Shown: in pieces, positions 20,122 through 30,860 of the stretch | Numbering within the stretch: position 1 is the first letter of the stretch | Layout of the letters: each line of letters starts with the position of its first letter | Origin: a virus | Direction: 5' to 3' (one strand) | Virus record (IMG/VR): IMGVR_UViG_3300034684_000299 | Location: 64,001 to 128,000 of that record | DNA length: 64,000 nucleotides | Notes under the pieces: generated by a model | The model's database searches: none | What the model was told of the DNA's origin: nothing | What the model saw: only the letters and a program-made list of their open reading frames with translations | Position numbers and translations under genes: made by a program

Positions 20122-21273
20122 TCAATTCACGGCTACAAATATCAACAAATCTACATCAACAGCTGAACTTTGTGGAAAATCATATGCATACATTTTTATA
20201 TCGTATCCATTCCAAGCTACCATAACATAATTTGGAGGTGCATTTCTTTCAGTACCTACATTTATACCTATTAATTTTTGTTGAACCAGTATGCCTAAAA
20301 TATCACCAAAAGTTCTGTTGTTTTCTAACATAGAATTGTTTAAAGATAATGAAAATTGAACGTATCTACCTCTGCTAACAGAAGCATTTATTTTTACTAC
20401 TTTTGCTAATTGATTACTTCTTATCTTCTTAGTCGTTGCATTCATTGAAGAACCTGTTTTAAATCCGTTTATGTTATGTGGATACTGTAAATTCAGATAT
20501 GCTTCAGGTCTACCTACGTCTATCGTATTAGTCGCTTCTATATCGTAAACGTCTACATATATATAATTGGATAATGGTATAGGTTCTTCAAAGGTTAAAA
20601 ATTTTGATAAAGCTTCTTCTTTTGGATAATACAAATCATCATGGTTGTGTTCTTTTGGAGAAAAAGAACTCTGGGTATATATATTGCCATTAACATCTTT
20701 TAAAGCGGTTGTATCTTCTACAATGTCATTTTTTTTGTAATAATCAGAACCATGGTTATGTTGTTTAAAAGCTAGATCTTGTACCCTTACTCCATCAATC
20801 TCTACTGCATTAGGAACTATATCATCCTTTTTGTAATATTCAGGATGTTCATGTTCTTTTCTAGCAAAGGTAGAATAATCAACCCCTGATAGTTTTTCTG
20901 TAACAGTAATTACGTCATCTTGTTTAACATAATCATGTGTATGTTCTGCAGGTGCTAAATCAGTAGGTTTATAATTATTTACACCATCCGTTATTGTGTA
21001 TGCTCCGTCTATTACTTCACCTTTTACAACATATTCTGAATGTATATGGTCTTTCATTGCAAACTCTGATAATTCTTTATTCAATATTCTATATGTATAA
21101 TTAGAATACGGCACCATATATTTAGATACCGCTGGTAATAACATTTCTGTCACTTTAAAAGAATTTGCTACATTGATCACTTCCGACACATTCAATGCTG
21201 AATCCTTTGAAGCTTGAAGAATATAATTCAATATTTTAACTTTCTGTGCTTCCTCATTTATTAATCTTTTCAT
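20122..21273 (-). CDS. His-x-His repeat tail-fibre-like protein
   Basis: Five H-x-H motifs (DHIH, EHTH, EHEH, QHNH, EHNH) at regular spacing. Confidence 0.6.
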   Translation of the reverse strand: MKRLINEEAQKVKILNYILQASKDSALNVSEVINVANSFKVTEMLLPAVSKYMVPYSNYTYRILNKELSEFAMKDHIHSEYVVKGEVIDGAYTITDGVNNYKPTDLAPAEHTHDYVKQDDVITVTEKLSGVDYSTFARKEHEHPEYYKKDDIVPNAVEIDGVRVQDLAFKQHNHGSDYYKKNDIVEDTTALKDVNGNIYTQSSFSPKEHNHDDLYYPKEEALSKFLTFEEPIPLSNYIYVDVYDIEATNTIDVGRPEAYLNLQYPHNINGFKTGSSMNATTKKIRSNQLAKVVKINASVSRGRYVQFSLSLNNSMLENNRTFGDILGILVQQKLIGINVGTERNAPPNYVMVAWNGYDIKMYAYDFPQSSAVDVDLLIFVAVN

Positions 21274-21306
21274 AAAATTAAGTGCCTAAGCACTTTGCCT
21301 CCTTCC

Positions 21307-23565
21307 TCAATCTATTTCTTCTATGGAAATTAATGTAAAAGGTATTCCATAATTATTGACTACAAATTCTTGCCCTGAACTTTGTGCTGAAAATCCTATA
21401 TATTTCCAATCAACTTTATTTTTAGCTGATATTATCTTATAAGAAGATTCACCATTCTTCAATAGATGGGGACCAGTGTATTGCGGAACCCCAGTAGTAA
21501 TTGTCCAAGAATTCAAAATTTGTACATAATCCTTATTTAAATTAAAATTTCCAGATGGTTGTATAAAAACTACAGACGAATTAGGATTTTCTTTCATTAT
21601 TTTTAAAGTATTAATCATTTGATATGGAGTCTTAATCACAGGTGTATGCCCTATAAGCCTTCTCCATTCTGTATTGAATTTAGTTGATACTTCTTTGGAT
21701 AACAAAATAATATTTGTACCCATAGGATTAGTTGCTGCGAACTTTGCTATAGGTACTAAAGGCTTACGCATAACAAACTGTTTAAATAAACTTATTAAAC
21801 TCCAAGCTGGCATCCAATCTATTTTAAATAATGCTAAATCTATGTATAGATGCAACAACATAATAGGAGTTATCATACTGACTAACAAGTTATCAAATAA
21901 AGAAAATATATAATTGATCCCTAGACATAGAAAATAATCTATTGATAGCAAAAGTACCACGAACAAATCAAAGATCTTTTTAAAATAATTTTCAACGGTT
22001 AAACTTATAGATTCAGTTATATATTCAAACACATTTTCGGTTTCACCTAAATCTGGCTGAGCTGGTACATCATAATACCAATAATATTCGTTTTTGTTCA
22101 ATCCTCTTAAATATAGTATATCTGTGGCACTATACCAACTATATATCTCATCTCTTATCTTAGAAGCAGCATTACATCCTGATACTTTTTTCCCTGCAGT
22201 AGTTGTTTTGTTATATATCCAATTTTTAGTATTTTCTTTGTACTGTGTAGTTGACCATTCGGATGTTTTGGATCTACTAGTTGCATTATATAAATATTGA
22301 TTTGCTCCGGTTGTTTTTATACTTCCTTGTTTTTTACCAGATTCTGTAAAACTTTTATACATCGAAGTGTGAACGTCTACATCTACATATTGAGCATCTG
22401 GTGTATATTCAATTATAGGCTTAGGACCTATTTCATTAAGTTTCTTTTGAACAGCACTATTTGCAAATAATATTATAAACTGAGTAGACGCTGCATTACC
22501 ATATAAATCGTCTAAATTTACTCCATCCAAACTACCTTCATTCATAATCATGTTGGCTAATAAATAGGAAGTATTGTTATTTCCAGGAATAGATTTCATA
22601 CCAAATAAATTCGTCAAGCTCATCCCCAAATTTTTATTCAAATCTCCGGGAAAATCAGCCCAACCTTCAGGATTAACAATTTGATTTCTCCGCCAAGCAG
22701 AATGTAATTTGTCTTCTTCTATATAACCAAATATGCTACCTTTTTCTACTACCGCTATATTTTCCTCAAAATAATCTGTTGTTAAAATATTAGTATCAAA
22801 TGTTTCTACTTGCTTATTCACAGTCGTATCCGCAGGAATATATCTATATATTTTTATTTTATTTTTGTTTTCGCCATCATGATATCCACTTGCATAATCT
22901 ATTCTAAAATCTTTTGGCATAAATGTTCCGTCGGCTATTGATTTAGTTATATAAATGTCGTCATGTTTGTGCCCTCTTCCTGATATTTTATCTGGCTTCA
23001 ATATGTCAGTATACTGTATTATATTGTTTCCTTCTTTTTTATAACTGGTGGCATATAACCCTTCAGCTTGTTTGGCTTTAACTCCAAATTGTATTAAATT
23101 TGTATGTGTATGATCTTTATCAGAAAAATAAACTCTTGGTGCGATATAATTTCTACTGTTTTCATCGTATAATTTGCTTGCAGTTGAAAAATTAGTCTTA
23201 GTTTTCAATATGTATTGATTATGCTTGTGTGAAACTAGAGATAAATCTTCTTTAGAAACTCCATCAATATTTTCTTGATCTTTTTTTATATTTAAGGCTT
23301 CTTTTGTATATTGTTCATGCGTGTGGTCTTTAAGAGAAAACTGTTCAATTTCAGAACCACCAAGTTTTTCAGTAGATTCAGGTATTTGCTTTTTTTGCAA
23401 AAAGTTATGTGTGTGTGTTTTTGGAGAAAAACTCCCATCCTGATTTAAAATATTTTTTGTATTGTATGCAAATAACGTATTGAATTTTTTTAGTTTTGTT
23501 ACTATCTTGATGGTTTGATTTATTAATTTTTTGACAATATTATTAATCATTTTCCAGCTCCTCAA
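21307..23565 (-). CDS. His-x-His repeat fibre-like protein with hydrophobic segment
   Basis: Five H-x-H motifs; N- and C-terminal blocks shared with the neighbouring ORF. Confidence 0.6.
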   Translation of the reverse strand: MRSWKMINNIVKKLINQTIKIVTKLKKFNTLFAYNTKNILNQDGSFSPKTHTHNFLQKKQIPESTEKLGGSEIEQFSLKDHTHEQYTKEALNIKKDQENIDGVSKEDLSLVSHKHNQYILKTKTNFSTASKLYDENSRNYIAPRVYFSDKDHTHTNLIQFGVKAKQAEGLYATSYKKEGNNIIQYTDILKPDKISGRGHKHDDIYITKSIADGTFMPKDFRIDYASGYHDGENKNKIKIYRYIPADTTVNKQVETFDTNILTTDYFEENIAVVEKGSIFGYIEEDKLHSAWRRNQIVNPEGWADFPGDLNKNLGMSLTNLFGMKSIPGNNNTSYLLANMIMNEGSLDGVNLDDLYGNAASTQFIILFANSAVQKKLNEIGPKPIIEYTPDAQYVDVDVHTSMYKSFTESGKKQGSIKTTGANQYLYNATSRSKTSEWSTTQYKENTKNWIYNKTTTAGKKVSGCNAASKIRDEIYSWYSATDILYLRGLNKNEYYWYYDVPAQPDLGETENVFEYITESISLTVENYFKKIFDLFVVLLLSIDYFLCLGINYIFSLFDNLLVSMITPIMLLHLYIDLALFKIDWMPAWSLISLFKQFVMRKPLVPIAKFAATNPMGTNIILLSKEVSTKFNTEWRRLIGHTPVIKTPYQMINTLKIMKENPNSSVVFIQPSGNFNLNKDYVQILNSWTITTGVPQYTGPHLLKNGESSYKIISAKNKVDWKYIGFSAQSSGQEFVVNNYGIPFTLISIEEID

Positions 23566-26500
23566 AGCTAATTATAGTGAATGGTTCCCCATAATTACCA
23601 ATTGTTGTTTCTTGCCCTGATGTTACATTAAAGCCTAAATATTTATGATCTATAATTCTTTTGCCCTGTATAGTTCTAACTGAATTAGCAGGATTCGTAA
23701 TCTTTGAAGATTTGTAAAACTGTGCAACTGGAATTTTGTAAACCCAATATTTATGTGCACTAGCTACTTTGTCTGATTCTGCAAACGAATAATTTGCTGC
23801 ATTTGATATAAAATCTACTGCATCTTTCTTCTCAATTTTAACCTTGTTCAAAACTGTATACGGTGAATTGTATATTTTCTGTAAACCATAAATTCTTCTC
23901 CATTTATAATCAAATTTTGTAGTATATTCTTTAGAAAAAATTACTATATTATGCCCAATTGGATTACTAGATATAAACCTCGCAATTGGTACAAACGGTT
24001 TCCTGTGTATAACACTTGCTATAACAGGACGTAATAATCCTATAAATGGATACCATTTCCAATCTACTATTGTAATTGTCCACCATAATATAGGTACTTG
24101 TATCAAAATTCTAAAGACAAAAGTATAAAACGGCTTTAACGCATTTATTATAATATTATCAACTGTTGAGGTTATCCAATTAAATGCCCAACACAAAAAA
24201 TAATCTAAAAATAACAATGCCATAATCAATATATCACTTATTTTTTGTAGAAAATTATCCGCTAATGTAGCTACAGTTTGTGAAACCGCTTCTAACACGT
24301 TAGAAGTTTCTGTATATTCTGGTTCACTAGGAACAGAATAATACCAATAATATTGTTTTTTATCCATAGCTTTAAAAGTAATATGGGGTATTTGAATTTT
24401 TGTTTTATAATATTCATATTCTTCGTCTATTTGTTTATTAGAAACAGCCTCACTACTTTCAACACCACTTACTACATAAAAATGTATATCTGACAATGGT
24501 TTAACTAATGCAATATTATGTCCTACTGTATTCTTGAAGCTTAATGGTAAAGTTACATAACTACTTGACAAATGTTCAGCTTTCTTTTCTCCATCTATAT
24601 AAAGATTATAATTAGATAAATCGCTTGGTACATTTCTTAATTTAAAAGCCGCATTCGAAGAATTATTAAATATAGTATATTGTTTTACACTACCATTAAG
24701 TTTATACATATATAAGAAAACTCGTCCTTCTGGAAATCCTTCTTTATTCACACAAACACCTGCCATATTATTCCCATCTGAACATTCCTCTACAGTTGTT
24801 TCCCAATAGTACATTTTCTCAGGTGTTGGTACAAGAAAAACCAATGTATTGCCTATTGAAAAATCAGTTGCTCCTACCAACCTTATTTGATTTCTCCCTA
24901 CTTCTTCTAACCAAAAACCTCTTACTCCTACTGCAGATGTTTCGTTTAGATTAGTTATTTCATATTTACCATCTTCTACTTTATACGATTTTTCCCCTAA
25001 TTCTACTTCTCCACTTGAATAAACAATATTCTTATAATATCCATCTGGTGCATTTGTATATACATATTCCAAACTCATCAAATCATGCCAATCCACATTT
25101 TGTCTATTCGTATATGCATATTGAAAATCATAAGAAGGGTAACTATCTCTATCAAATTCTATTTTTTGTAAATCATCCCTATAACCGAAAAGAAATTTTT
25201 CTCCGTCTCCTTTTTGCACAGCTAGGGTAGTTCCTGTTAATGTACTCATAAAATTAACATCTAAAACTTTAGCCCTTGGTGTTGCATCATCATCAATTGC
25301 TACTTTATTAGGTTGAGAATAAGAACCAAAAATAAAAATATTATCTTCTAAAGGCTCGTAAGTTTCTCCAGAACTTCCAGAAGATACATCCTGTACTGCT
25401 CCAGTAAATGTACAAAAACTATAAGGTCCACCTACATTTGAATATACTGGCAACCCACATAACCAATCCCATATCTGTTGTTCTTTGTCGTATTCTACTT
25501 CAGAAAAATATCTATCAACCACATTGTTATTAGCAAAATCATATACATATTCATCCTTCGGATTTATTTTGATTTCTCCCAAATCGGGATTTGTTTCAGT
25601 ATCGTTCAACGCTAAATAAAAATTGTCATAAACAGGTACTTCCATATAAGAACCTTCTAAATCATATTCCACTAATGTTTTAGGACCTTCTTCTGAAAGT
25701 TTTTTGAAAACTGCATTGTTAAAAAATCCGATTAAAAACTTTGTTGAAGGCGAAGAACCCATTATATCATTATAAGAACTTCCTTCTACTTTTTTATCTG
25801 TATCCCACAGCATACTATTCATCATACCTGAAGTATTCTCATTTCCAGGAATAAAAGGTTTGTTATATAAATCCGTAATACTCAATTCTAACCCATCATT
25901 TAAATCACCATTAGAAGTTTTCATAAAATCTGTAATAGTATTTCTGTCATATCCGGCAGCAAATTTATCAGCATCCATATATCTAAAAACACTACCTTCA
26001 GGTTGAACTAAATATTCTCGTTCAAATTGTTTTGTTGACATAAAATCTATTGGAAATGTATCTACATTTTTCATGGTTTTTCTATTTAATGGCTTATATC
26101 TGTAAATTTTTACTCTGTACCGTTCAACATTCATATATCCACTAGCGGTATCTATATTAAATTCTTTAGGCATAAACACTTCATCGCATGTACTTTTAGT
26201 TATATATATGTCATCATGTTTATGAGTTCTATTTGAAATATCTTCAATGTTAAAATTTTTAGGATTAGCTTCAACAACACCATTGTTATTTATATATTCA
26301 ACATTATGTAATGCTTTAGCATATTTCACTTTTCGAGAATATTCAACAAATTCGCTATGAGTATGCTCTCTTGGTGATATTATTTTACGTACCGAATAAT
26401 AATCACCATTAAAAAGCTTACTGGATCTCGGAAAAATAGTTTTTGATTTAGATACGTATTGATTGTGAATATGATCTTTTTTAGAAATTTGCTGAGCTGT

Positions 26501-26812
26501 CACCCTATTCATTTCATTTTCATTCGTTTTTCTATTGAGATTATCTTTTGTATATTCTTCGTGAGTATGTTCTTTTAAACTGAAATCTCCCAAATTTTTG
26601 CCACGTAAATTTTTGGTACTATTAGATGTTTCTCCCTTTTTCAAAAAATTATGAGAATGAACATTAGAAGAAAAATTAGAAGAAGAAACATAACTCTCTT
26701 GTTTTTTAAGCCTATTAGTATTGAATGCTTTCAGAGAGCTGAATATATTAAGAGCTGTTTTTATTGTTATTTTATAGATTTCTAGTAATTTTCTTTCTAT
26801 TTTATCTAACAA
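23543..26812 (-). CDS. His-x-His repeat fibre-like protein, long form
   Basis: Paralog of 21307..23565 with about 340 extra central residues. Confidence 0.6.
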   Translation of the reverse strand: MLDKIERKLLEIYKITIKTALNIFSSLKAFNTNRLKKQESYVSSSNFSSNVHSHNFLKKGETSNSTKNLRGKNLGDFSLKEHTHEEYTKDNLNRKTNENEMNRVTAQQISKKDHIHNQYVSKSKTIFPRSSKLFNGDYYSVRKIISPREHTHSEFVEYSRKVKYAKALHNVEYINNNGVVEANPKNFNIEDISNRTHKHDDIYITKSTCDEVFMPKEFNIDTASGYMNVERYRVKIYRYKPLNRKTMKNVDTFPIDFMSTKQFEREYLVQPEGSVFRYMDADKFAAGYDRNTITDFMKTSNGDLNDGLELSITDLYNKPFIPGNENTSGMMNSMLWDTDKKVEGSSYNDIMGSSPSTKFLIGFFNNAVFKKLSEEGPKTLVEYDLEGSYMEVPVYDNFYLALNDTETNPDLGEIKINPKDEYVYDFANNNVVDRYFSEVEYDKEQQIWDWLCGLPVYSNVGGPYSFCTFTGAVQDVSSGSSGETYEPLEDNIFIFGSYSQPNKVAIDDDATPRAKVLDVNFMSTLTGTTLAVQKGDGEKFLFGYRDDLQKIEFDRDSYPSYDFQYAYTNRQNVDWHDLMSLEYVYTNAPDGYYKNIVYSSGEVELGEKSYKVEDGKYEITNLNETSAVGVRGFWLEEVGRNQIRLVGATDFSIGNTLVFLVPTPEKMYYWETTVEECSDGNNMAGVCVNKEGFPEGRVFLYMYKLNGSVKQYTIFNNSSNAAFKLRNVPSDLSNYNLYIDGEKKAEHLSSSYVTLPLSFKNTVGHNIALVKPLSDIHFYVVSGVESSEAVSNKQIDEEYEYYKTKIQIPHITFKAMDKKQYYWYYSVPSEPEYTETSNVLEAVSQTVATLADNFLQKISDILIMALLFLDYFLCWAFNWITSTVDNIIINALKPFYTFVFRILIQVPILWWTITIVDWKWYPFIGLLRPVIASVIHRKPFVPIARFISSNPIGHNIVIFSKEYTTKFDYKWRRIYGLQKIYNSPYTVLNKVKIEKKDAVDFISNAANYSFAESDKVASAHKYWVYKIPVAQFYKSSKITNPANSVRTIQGKRIIDHKYLGFNVTSGQETTIGNYGEPFTIISFEELEND

Positions 26813-26828
26813 TAAGTATTATCCCCCA

Positions 26829-27098
26829 TTAAAAATTGAAATTTTGATATTGTGCTGATTGACTATTGGTTGCGTTAGGTTCCACTGGAATCATCGGAAC
26901 TTCATACAATTGAGTAGGCATTGGCATTTGTTGCTGTAATTTTTTCTTTTCTTGATTTTCCTTTATCTTATCGTATAACAATTTTCCAGTGAAAGCCCCA
27001 CCAACTACGGCTACTGGAGCTACCCAGGAAGCTGTTTCACTTGTTTTTTCAAATTCTTTTTTAAGCATTCTTATCTCCTCTTTATTTTTTGCTTTCAA
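26829..27098 (-). CDS. Small virion-module protein with hydrophobic segment
   Basis: FEKTS followed by WVAPVAVVGGAFTGKLLY. Confidence 0.5.
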   Translation of the reverse strand: MKAKNKEEIRMLKKEFEKTSETASWVAPVAVVGGAFTGKLLYDKIKENQEKKKLQQQMPMPTQLYEVPMIPVEPNATNSQSAQYQNFNF

Positions 27099-27181
27099 AT
27101 ATATCTTATCATTTTAGGATTTGACGTTCGGTTCAGAAAACTATTGACGAAAAAACTTCCTGTTTTTCTCATATTTTTCAC

Positions 27182-27210
27182 TTGACTTTATTTTTTAAAA
27201 ATGGTAAAAT
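27182..27210 (+). promoter_or_regulatory. Sigma70-type promoter
   Basis: TTGACT-17 nt-TAAAAT with extended TG, upstream of the 27235 ORF. Confidence 0.7.
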
Positions 27211-27234
27211 TGAGATAATCCAGAAAGAAAAGGG

Positions 27235-27513
27235 GTGTTTTGTTTGAAAAACTTTTTTCAAAAATTAAGTGAAATAGCAAAAAAAGTTGGAAGATTTTTT
27301 AAGATACTAGGTATGTTATTAGGAGTATTATTGATTATTGGATATTTAACTGGTGCAGTTATTTACTTCATTTTCCCTTTATTTCATTTAGTTACCATTG
27401 AACCATTTTGGTTTATGATAATAGGTGTTATAGTGTTTGGATTTATCGTTAAAAGTCCTAAGAAAGGCAAATTTATCTCTTGGATTGTAAAAAAATTTCA
27501 ACCAAAAAAATAA
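27235..27513 (+). CDS. Small two-TM membrane protein
   Basis: Two hydrophobic helices and basic termini. Confidence 0.55.
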   Translation: MFCLKNFFQKLSEIAKKVGRFFKILGMLLGVLLIIGYLTGAVIYFIFPLFHLVTIEPFWFMIIGVIVFGFIVKSPKKGKFISWIVKKFQPKK

Positions 27514-27550
27514 TCGTTTAACGCTCCTTTTACTAAAAAAAATCAAAATT

Positions 27551-27566
27551 TTTTGGTATATATTAT
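27551..27566 (+). promoter_or_regulatory. Repeated TTTTGGTATATAT promoter motif
   Basis: One of eight intergenic copies, each upstream of a plus-strand gene. Confidence 0.65.
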
Positions 27567-27623
27567 GTAATTATACGAAGTGGGGATTATACCCCACTTT
27601 TAAATTTAAAAGGAGGAGTTAAG

Positions 27624-28694
27624 ATGACTTTAAAAGAGAGTATTAAACTCATACTAAAAAGTGGCTATGCACCATTATTGGTTGGACCAGCAGGGGTAGG
27701 AAAAACTGAGTTAGTGAAAGAAATAGCAAAAGAAGAAGGAAGAGATTGCATCATATTGAATCTCAGTGTTATGGAGCCAGGTGATTTATTAGGATTACCA
27801 AGTGATACCAACAAAGAAAAAACTGTTTATTTAAAACCAGAGTGGTTCCCTGAAAAGGAACATTCCATTGTATTCATAGATGAGATCAATAGAAGTAATC
27901 CATTGGTAAGAGCAGGCGTAATGCAATTGATTTTGGATAAAAGGATAATGAACAACATCTTACCAGCTGATACTTGGATAATTTCTGCTATGAATCCAAA
28001 TGAAGATGATCAAGGCGAATATGAAGTTGATGATTTTTCTGACCCAGCATTTCTTGATAGATTTGTACCGTTAAAATTTCAACCAACTCTCAGGGAATGG
28101 ACAGATTGGACAAAAAAGAACGAAATAAAATATATTCCCGATTTTATGAACCAAGAGATAACTCTATGGGAAATGACACAAAGAAATTTTGAGATGCCTA
28201 CAGTTCCCATTACTCCAAGAACACTTGAGAGGATGGATAAAATAACTCAAAAAGCATTCGTTGAATTTACAGATGTTGACCATGTTATAAAAGTTTTAGA
28301 GCCAATAACTATAAGCGTGTTTGGACCTAAAATTAGTCAAAAGTATTTGAATTATTTGAAAGAAAAACAGAAAGAAGTTATAACATTGGAAGATATATAT
28401 TCCGGAAAGTTCAAAACTATGAACGTAGCCGTAGCAGATAACTTATTAGAACTTGTAACTTCTATAACAACGACTTTCTTCAATGAAACCAAAGAATTTG
28501 TATATGACAAACTATCCAACGTAATAGATTTTTTGAAATTAGTTCCACCAGAAACCGCAGGAATATTTTACAGAGTAATATATGAAAGATATGAAGAACT
28601 ATCCAATAAATATCCACTCATGTTTGAAAATACGAAATTCTCTGTAGAAAGTTCCAGATTCTTGAGTGATACAAAAGAAACTCAAGAAAAATGA
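27624..28694 (+). CDS. MoxR-like AAA+ ATPase
   Basis: Walker A GPAGVGKT, Walker B FIDEINR, SAMNP sensor, DPAFLDRF arginine finger. Confidence 0.85.
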   Translation: MTLKESIKLILKSGYAPLLVGPAGVGKTELVKEIAKEEGRDCIILNLSVMEPGDLLGLPSDTNKEKTVYLKPEWFPEKEHSIVFIDEINRSNPLVRAGVMQLILDKRIMNNILPADTWIISAMNPNEDDQGEYEVDDFSDPAFLDRFVPLKFQPTLREWTDWTKKNEIKYIPDFMNQEITLWEMTQRNFEMPTVPITPRTLERMDKITQKAFVEFTDVDHVIKVLEPITISVFGPKISQKYLNYLKEKQKEVITLEDIYSGKFKTMNVAVADNLLELVTSITTTFFNETKEFVYDKLSNVIDFLKLVPPETAGIFYRVIYERYEELSNKYPLMFENTKFSVESSRFLSDTKETQEK

Positions 28695-28707
28695 AAGGAG
28701 GTACATT

Positions 28708-30303
28708 ATGGATCCTATTCAAAAGCTAAATGAAGCTTTTATAAAAGATTATGGAATAGATGTAGTTGCAACTTTTGACAGAGCAAGAGAATCTTCTATG
28801 ATAACTATTTTAGAAAGTTATGCTCTATCGCAATTCAATATAAGATTAGGATTTCTTGGTGAACAAAATTATATAGATTTCAATACAAAAGAAATATGTA
28901 TTGATGCTTTTTATTGGGCATTCTTGTTAGCTGCAACTAACGAATTAACTCAGGAAAATTTGAGAAAACAATTAATATTTGCAATCAAACATGAAATAAA
29001 TCACTTTCTTTTAAGACATTGGATAAAAAAAGGGCATGCAGAACTTCTCAACATAGCTCAAGACGCTGTAATGAACGATTTACCTAACCTTCAACAATTA
29101 TGTCTAACCAAAGTACATCCCGTTGATCTTGCATTAACAGGAAAATTTCCTACAGTAGAAGTTTCACCTGATGTTTTTGAAAAACCAGAAACTGGAAGAT
29201 TAGCTCAATTATTTTTTATACAAGGTTATCGTTATGGAGTAAAAGGTGCATCAGAACCTTTCAAAGCATATTATTTTAAAGATATACCTTTTACTTCTGA
29301 TAATCTATATGACATCTTGGAAAAACTAGTGGATAAACAAAGTGGTTCAAATGGCAATGAAGATAATAACTCTGATGCTAATGGAAATAATTCTAATCAA
29401 CAAAATCCTAATAACAAATCAAATCAAAATTCTCCAGATAATCAAAACAATTCTTCAAATAATAATAATTCTAATGGTACGACTAATCAAAACACTCCAG
29501 AAAATCAAGGTGAAAACTCTTCAAATAACAATGATGATCCTAAAAAGGATAATGAAGAAAATAAAAACAATCAAGGTAAGGATTCTAAGAACAGAAATAA
29601 GTCTAAGAATCCATTTTTAGAAAATTATCAACCAGACGTAAAAGGAGAAATTGACGAATATCAAAAAGAGTTTCTGGACGAATTATTAAAAGAAATTTTA
29701 GAAGATGCCAAGAAACTAGTTGGTTCTCTCCCAGGAGAATACGAAGGAGTCCTTGAATTAATCAAAAAGAAAAGACAGATCTCTTGGAGACAATTGCTCA
29801 GAACAGCTGCTATGGTTGGAACAAAAACAGAATTACATTATACAACCAAACGTCGTTCTAAAAGATTTCCAAATATGATCCCTGGACATGTAACAAAAAA
29901 GCGAGGTAACATGGATATTGGAATTGATACTTCACTTTCAATTTCCGATGAAGAACTTCAAATGTTTTTGAATGAAGTTCAGTTTCTCGCTAAAAATATG
30001 GATATAACTATTTATCTGTTTGACACAGAAATTCAAGACGTTTTAAAATCCAAAGATTTGAAGAAAAAGAAGATAAATGTAAAAGGCAGAGGAGGAACTG
30101 ACCCAAAAGATTTCTATTTAGAATTAGAAAGGAAAAAATCTAAATTATCAGTTATACTTACTGATGGATATTATTCTGTTGATGATAATCTTATTCCAAA
30201 AAATCATTATATGATATTAACACCAGACTATGCTAAAGAAACTAGACACCAATATGAGAATAAATTGGGCAAAAACCATGTAGCAATTCTAAAAAATATA
30301 TAG
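28708..30303 (+). CDS. vWA-domain protein with HExxH motif (DUF2201-like)
   Basis: KHEINH, Asn-rich linker, MIDAS IGIDTSLS, GRGGTD, ILTDGY; start at ATG 28708 after AAGGAGG. Confidence 0.8.
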   Translation: MDPIQKLNEAFIKDYGIDVVATFDRARESSMITILESYALSQFNIRLGFLGEQNYIDFNTKEICIDAFYWAFLLAATNELTQENLRKQLIFAIKHEINHFLLRHWIKKGHAELLNIAQDAVMNDLPNLQQLCLTKVHPVDLALTGKFPTVEVSPDVFEKPETGRLAQLFFIQGYRYGVKGASEPFKAYYFKDIPFTSDNLYDILEKLVDKQSGSNGNEDNNSDANGNNSNQQNPNNKSNQNSPDNQNNSSNNNNSNGTTNQNTPENQGENSSNNNDDPKKDNEENKNNQGKDSKNRNKSKNPFLENYQPDVKGEIDEYQKEFLDELLKEILEDAKKLVGSLPGEYEGVLELIKKKRQISWRQLLRTAAMVGTKTELHYTTKRRSKRFPNMIPGHVTKKRGNMDIGIDTSLSISDEELQMFLNEVQFLAKNMDITIYLFDTEIQDVLKSKDLKKKKINVKGRGGTDPKDFYLELERKKSKLSVILTDGYYSVDDNLIPKNHYMILTPDYAKETRHQYENKLGKNHVAILKNI

Positions 30304-30314
30304 GAGGGAAAAAT

Positions 30315-30860
30315 ATGCAGATAGTATTTTTAAGCAATTTGAATTTTGATGAGACAATTACTTTTAGTGATCTATATTCAAAAATAGCTTTTATAGAGAC
30401 TCAAAATGATGACATTGAATCTCCTGATGTACCAATTATAAGGACCAACGATTTCGCTTTATTTAAAATTTCAGATACCGATGTAACCGAAGGTGAGGTT
30501 ATTTACAATCATACTTCTAAAAACTCTGATTTCTTCAGTGAAATGTGGAAGACTTTAATAACCAAGAAGAATATACCAGAATTTATGCGTGAAGTTATAA
30601 AGAATGTTATGGAGCATTATGACCCCAAAATTATCCCTGAAGAAATTATAATCAAAACTCAAACTTTTCCCGCAAATTTTATGAAAGTAAAATTAAATAT
30701 TCCAGAATCCTTATCATCGAATGATATACCCGCATTCTTCACAAGATATCTAGATAAAGATTATAAATTTGCTGCAATTAATAATGTATTCCTACTAAAT
30801 AATGCTTCTTTCGAACAACTAAAAATAGAAGATATTCCAGATTATATAAAGGAAGAATGA
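30315..30860 (+). CDS. Hypothetical protein
   Basis: 181-aa ORF with SD. Confidence 0.6.
   Translation: MQIVFLSNLNFDETITFSDLYSKIAFIETQNDDIESPDVPIIRTNDFALFKISDTDVTEGEVIYNHTSKNSDFFSEMWKTLITKKNIPEFMREVIKNVMEHYDPKIIPEEIIIKTQTFPANFMKVKLNIPESLSSNDIPAFFTRYLDKDYKFAAINNVFLLNNASFEQLKIEDIPDYIKEE

Noticed and set aside
29342-29620. 92-aa alternative-frame ORF and apparent repeats
   Set aside because: A by-product of the Asn-rich low-complexity linker of the vWA protein.
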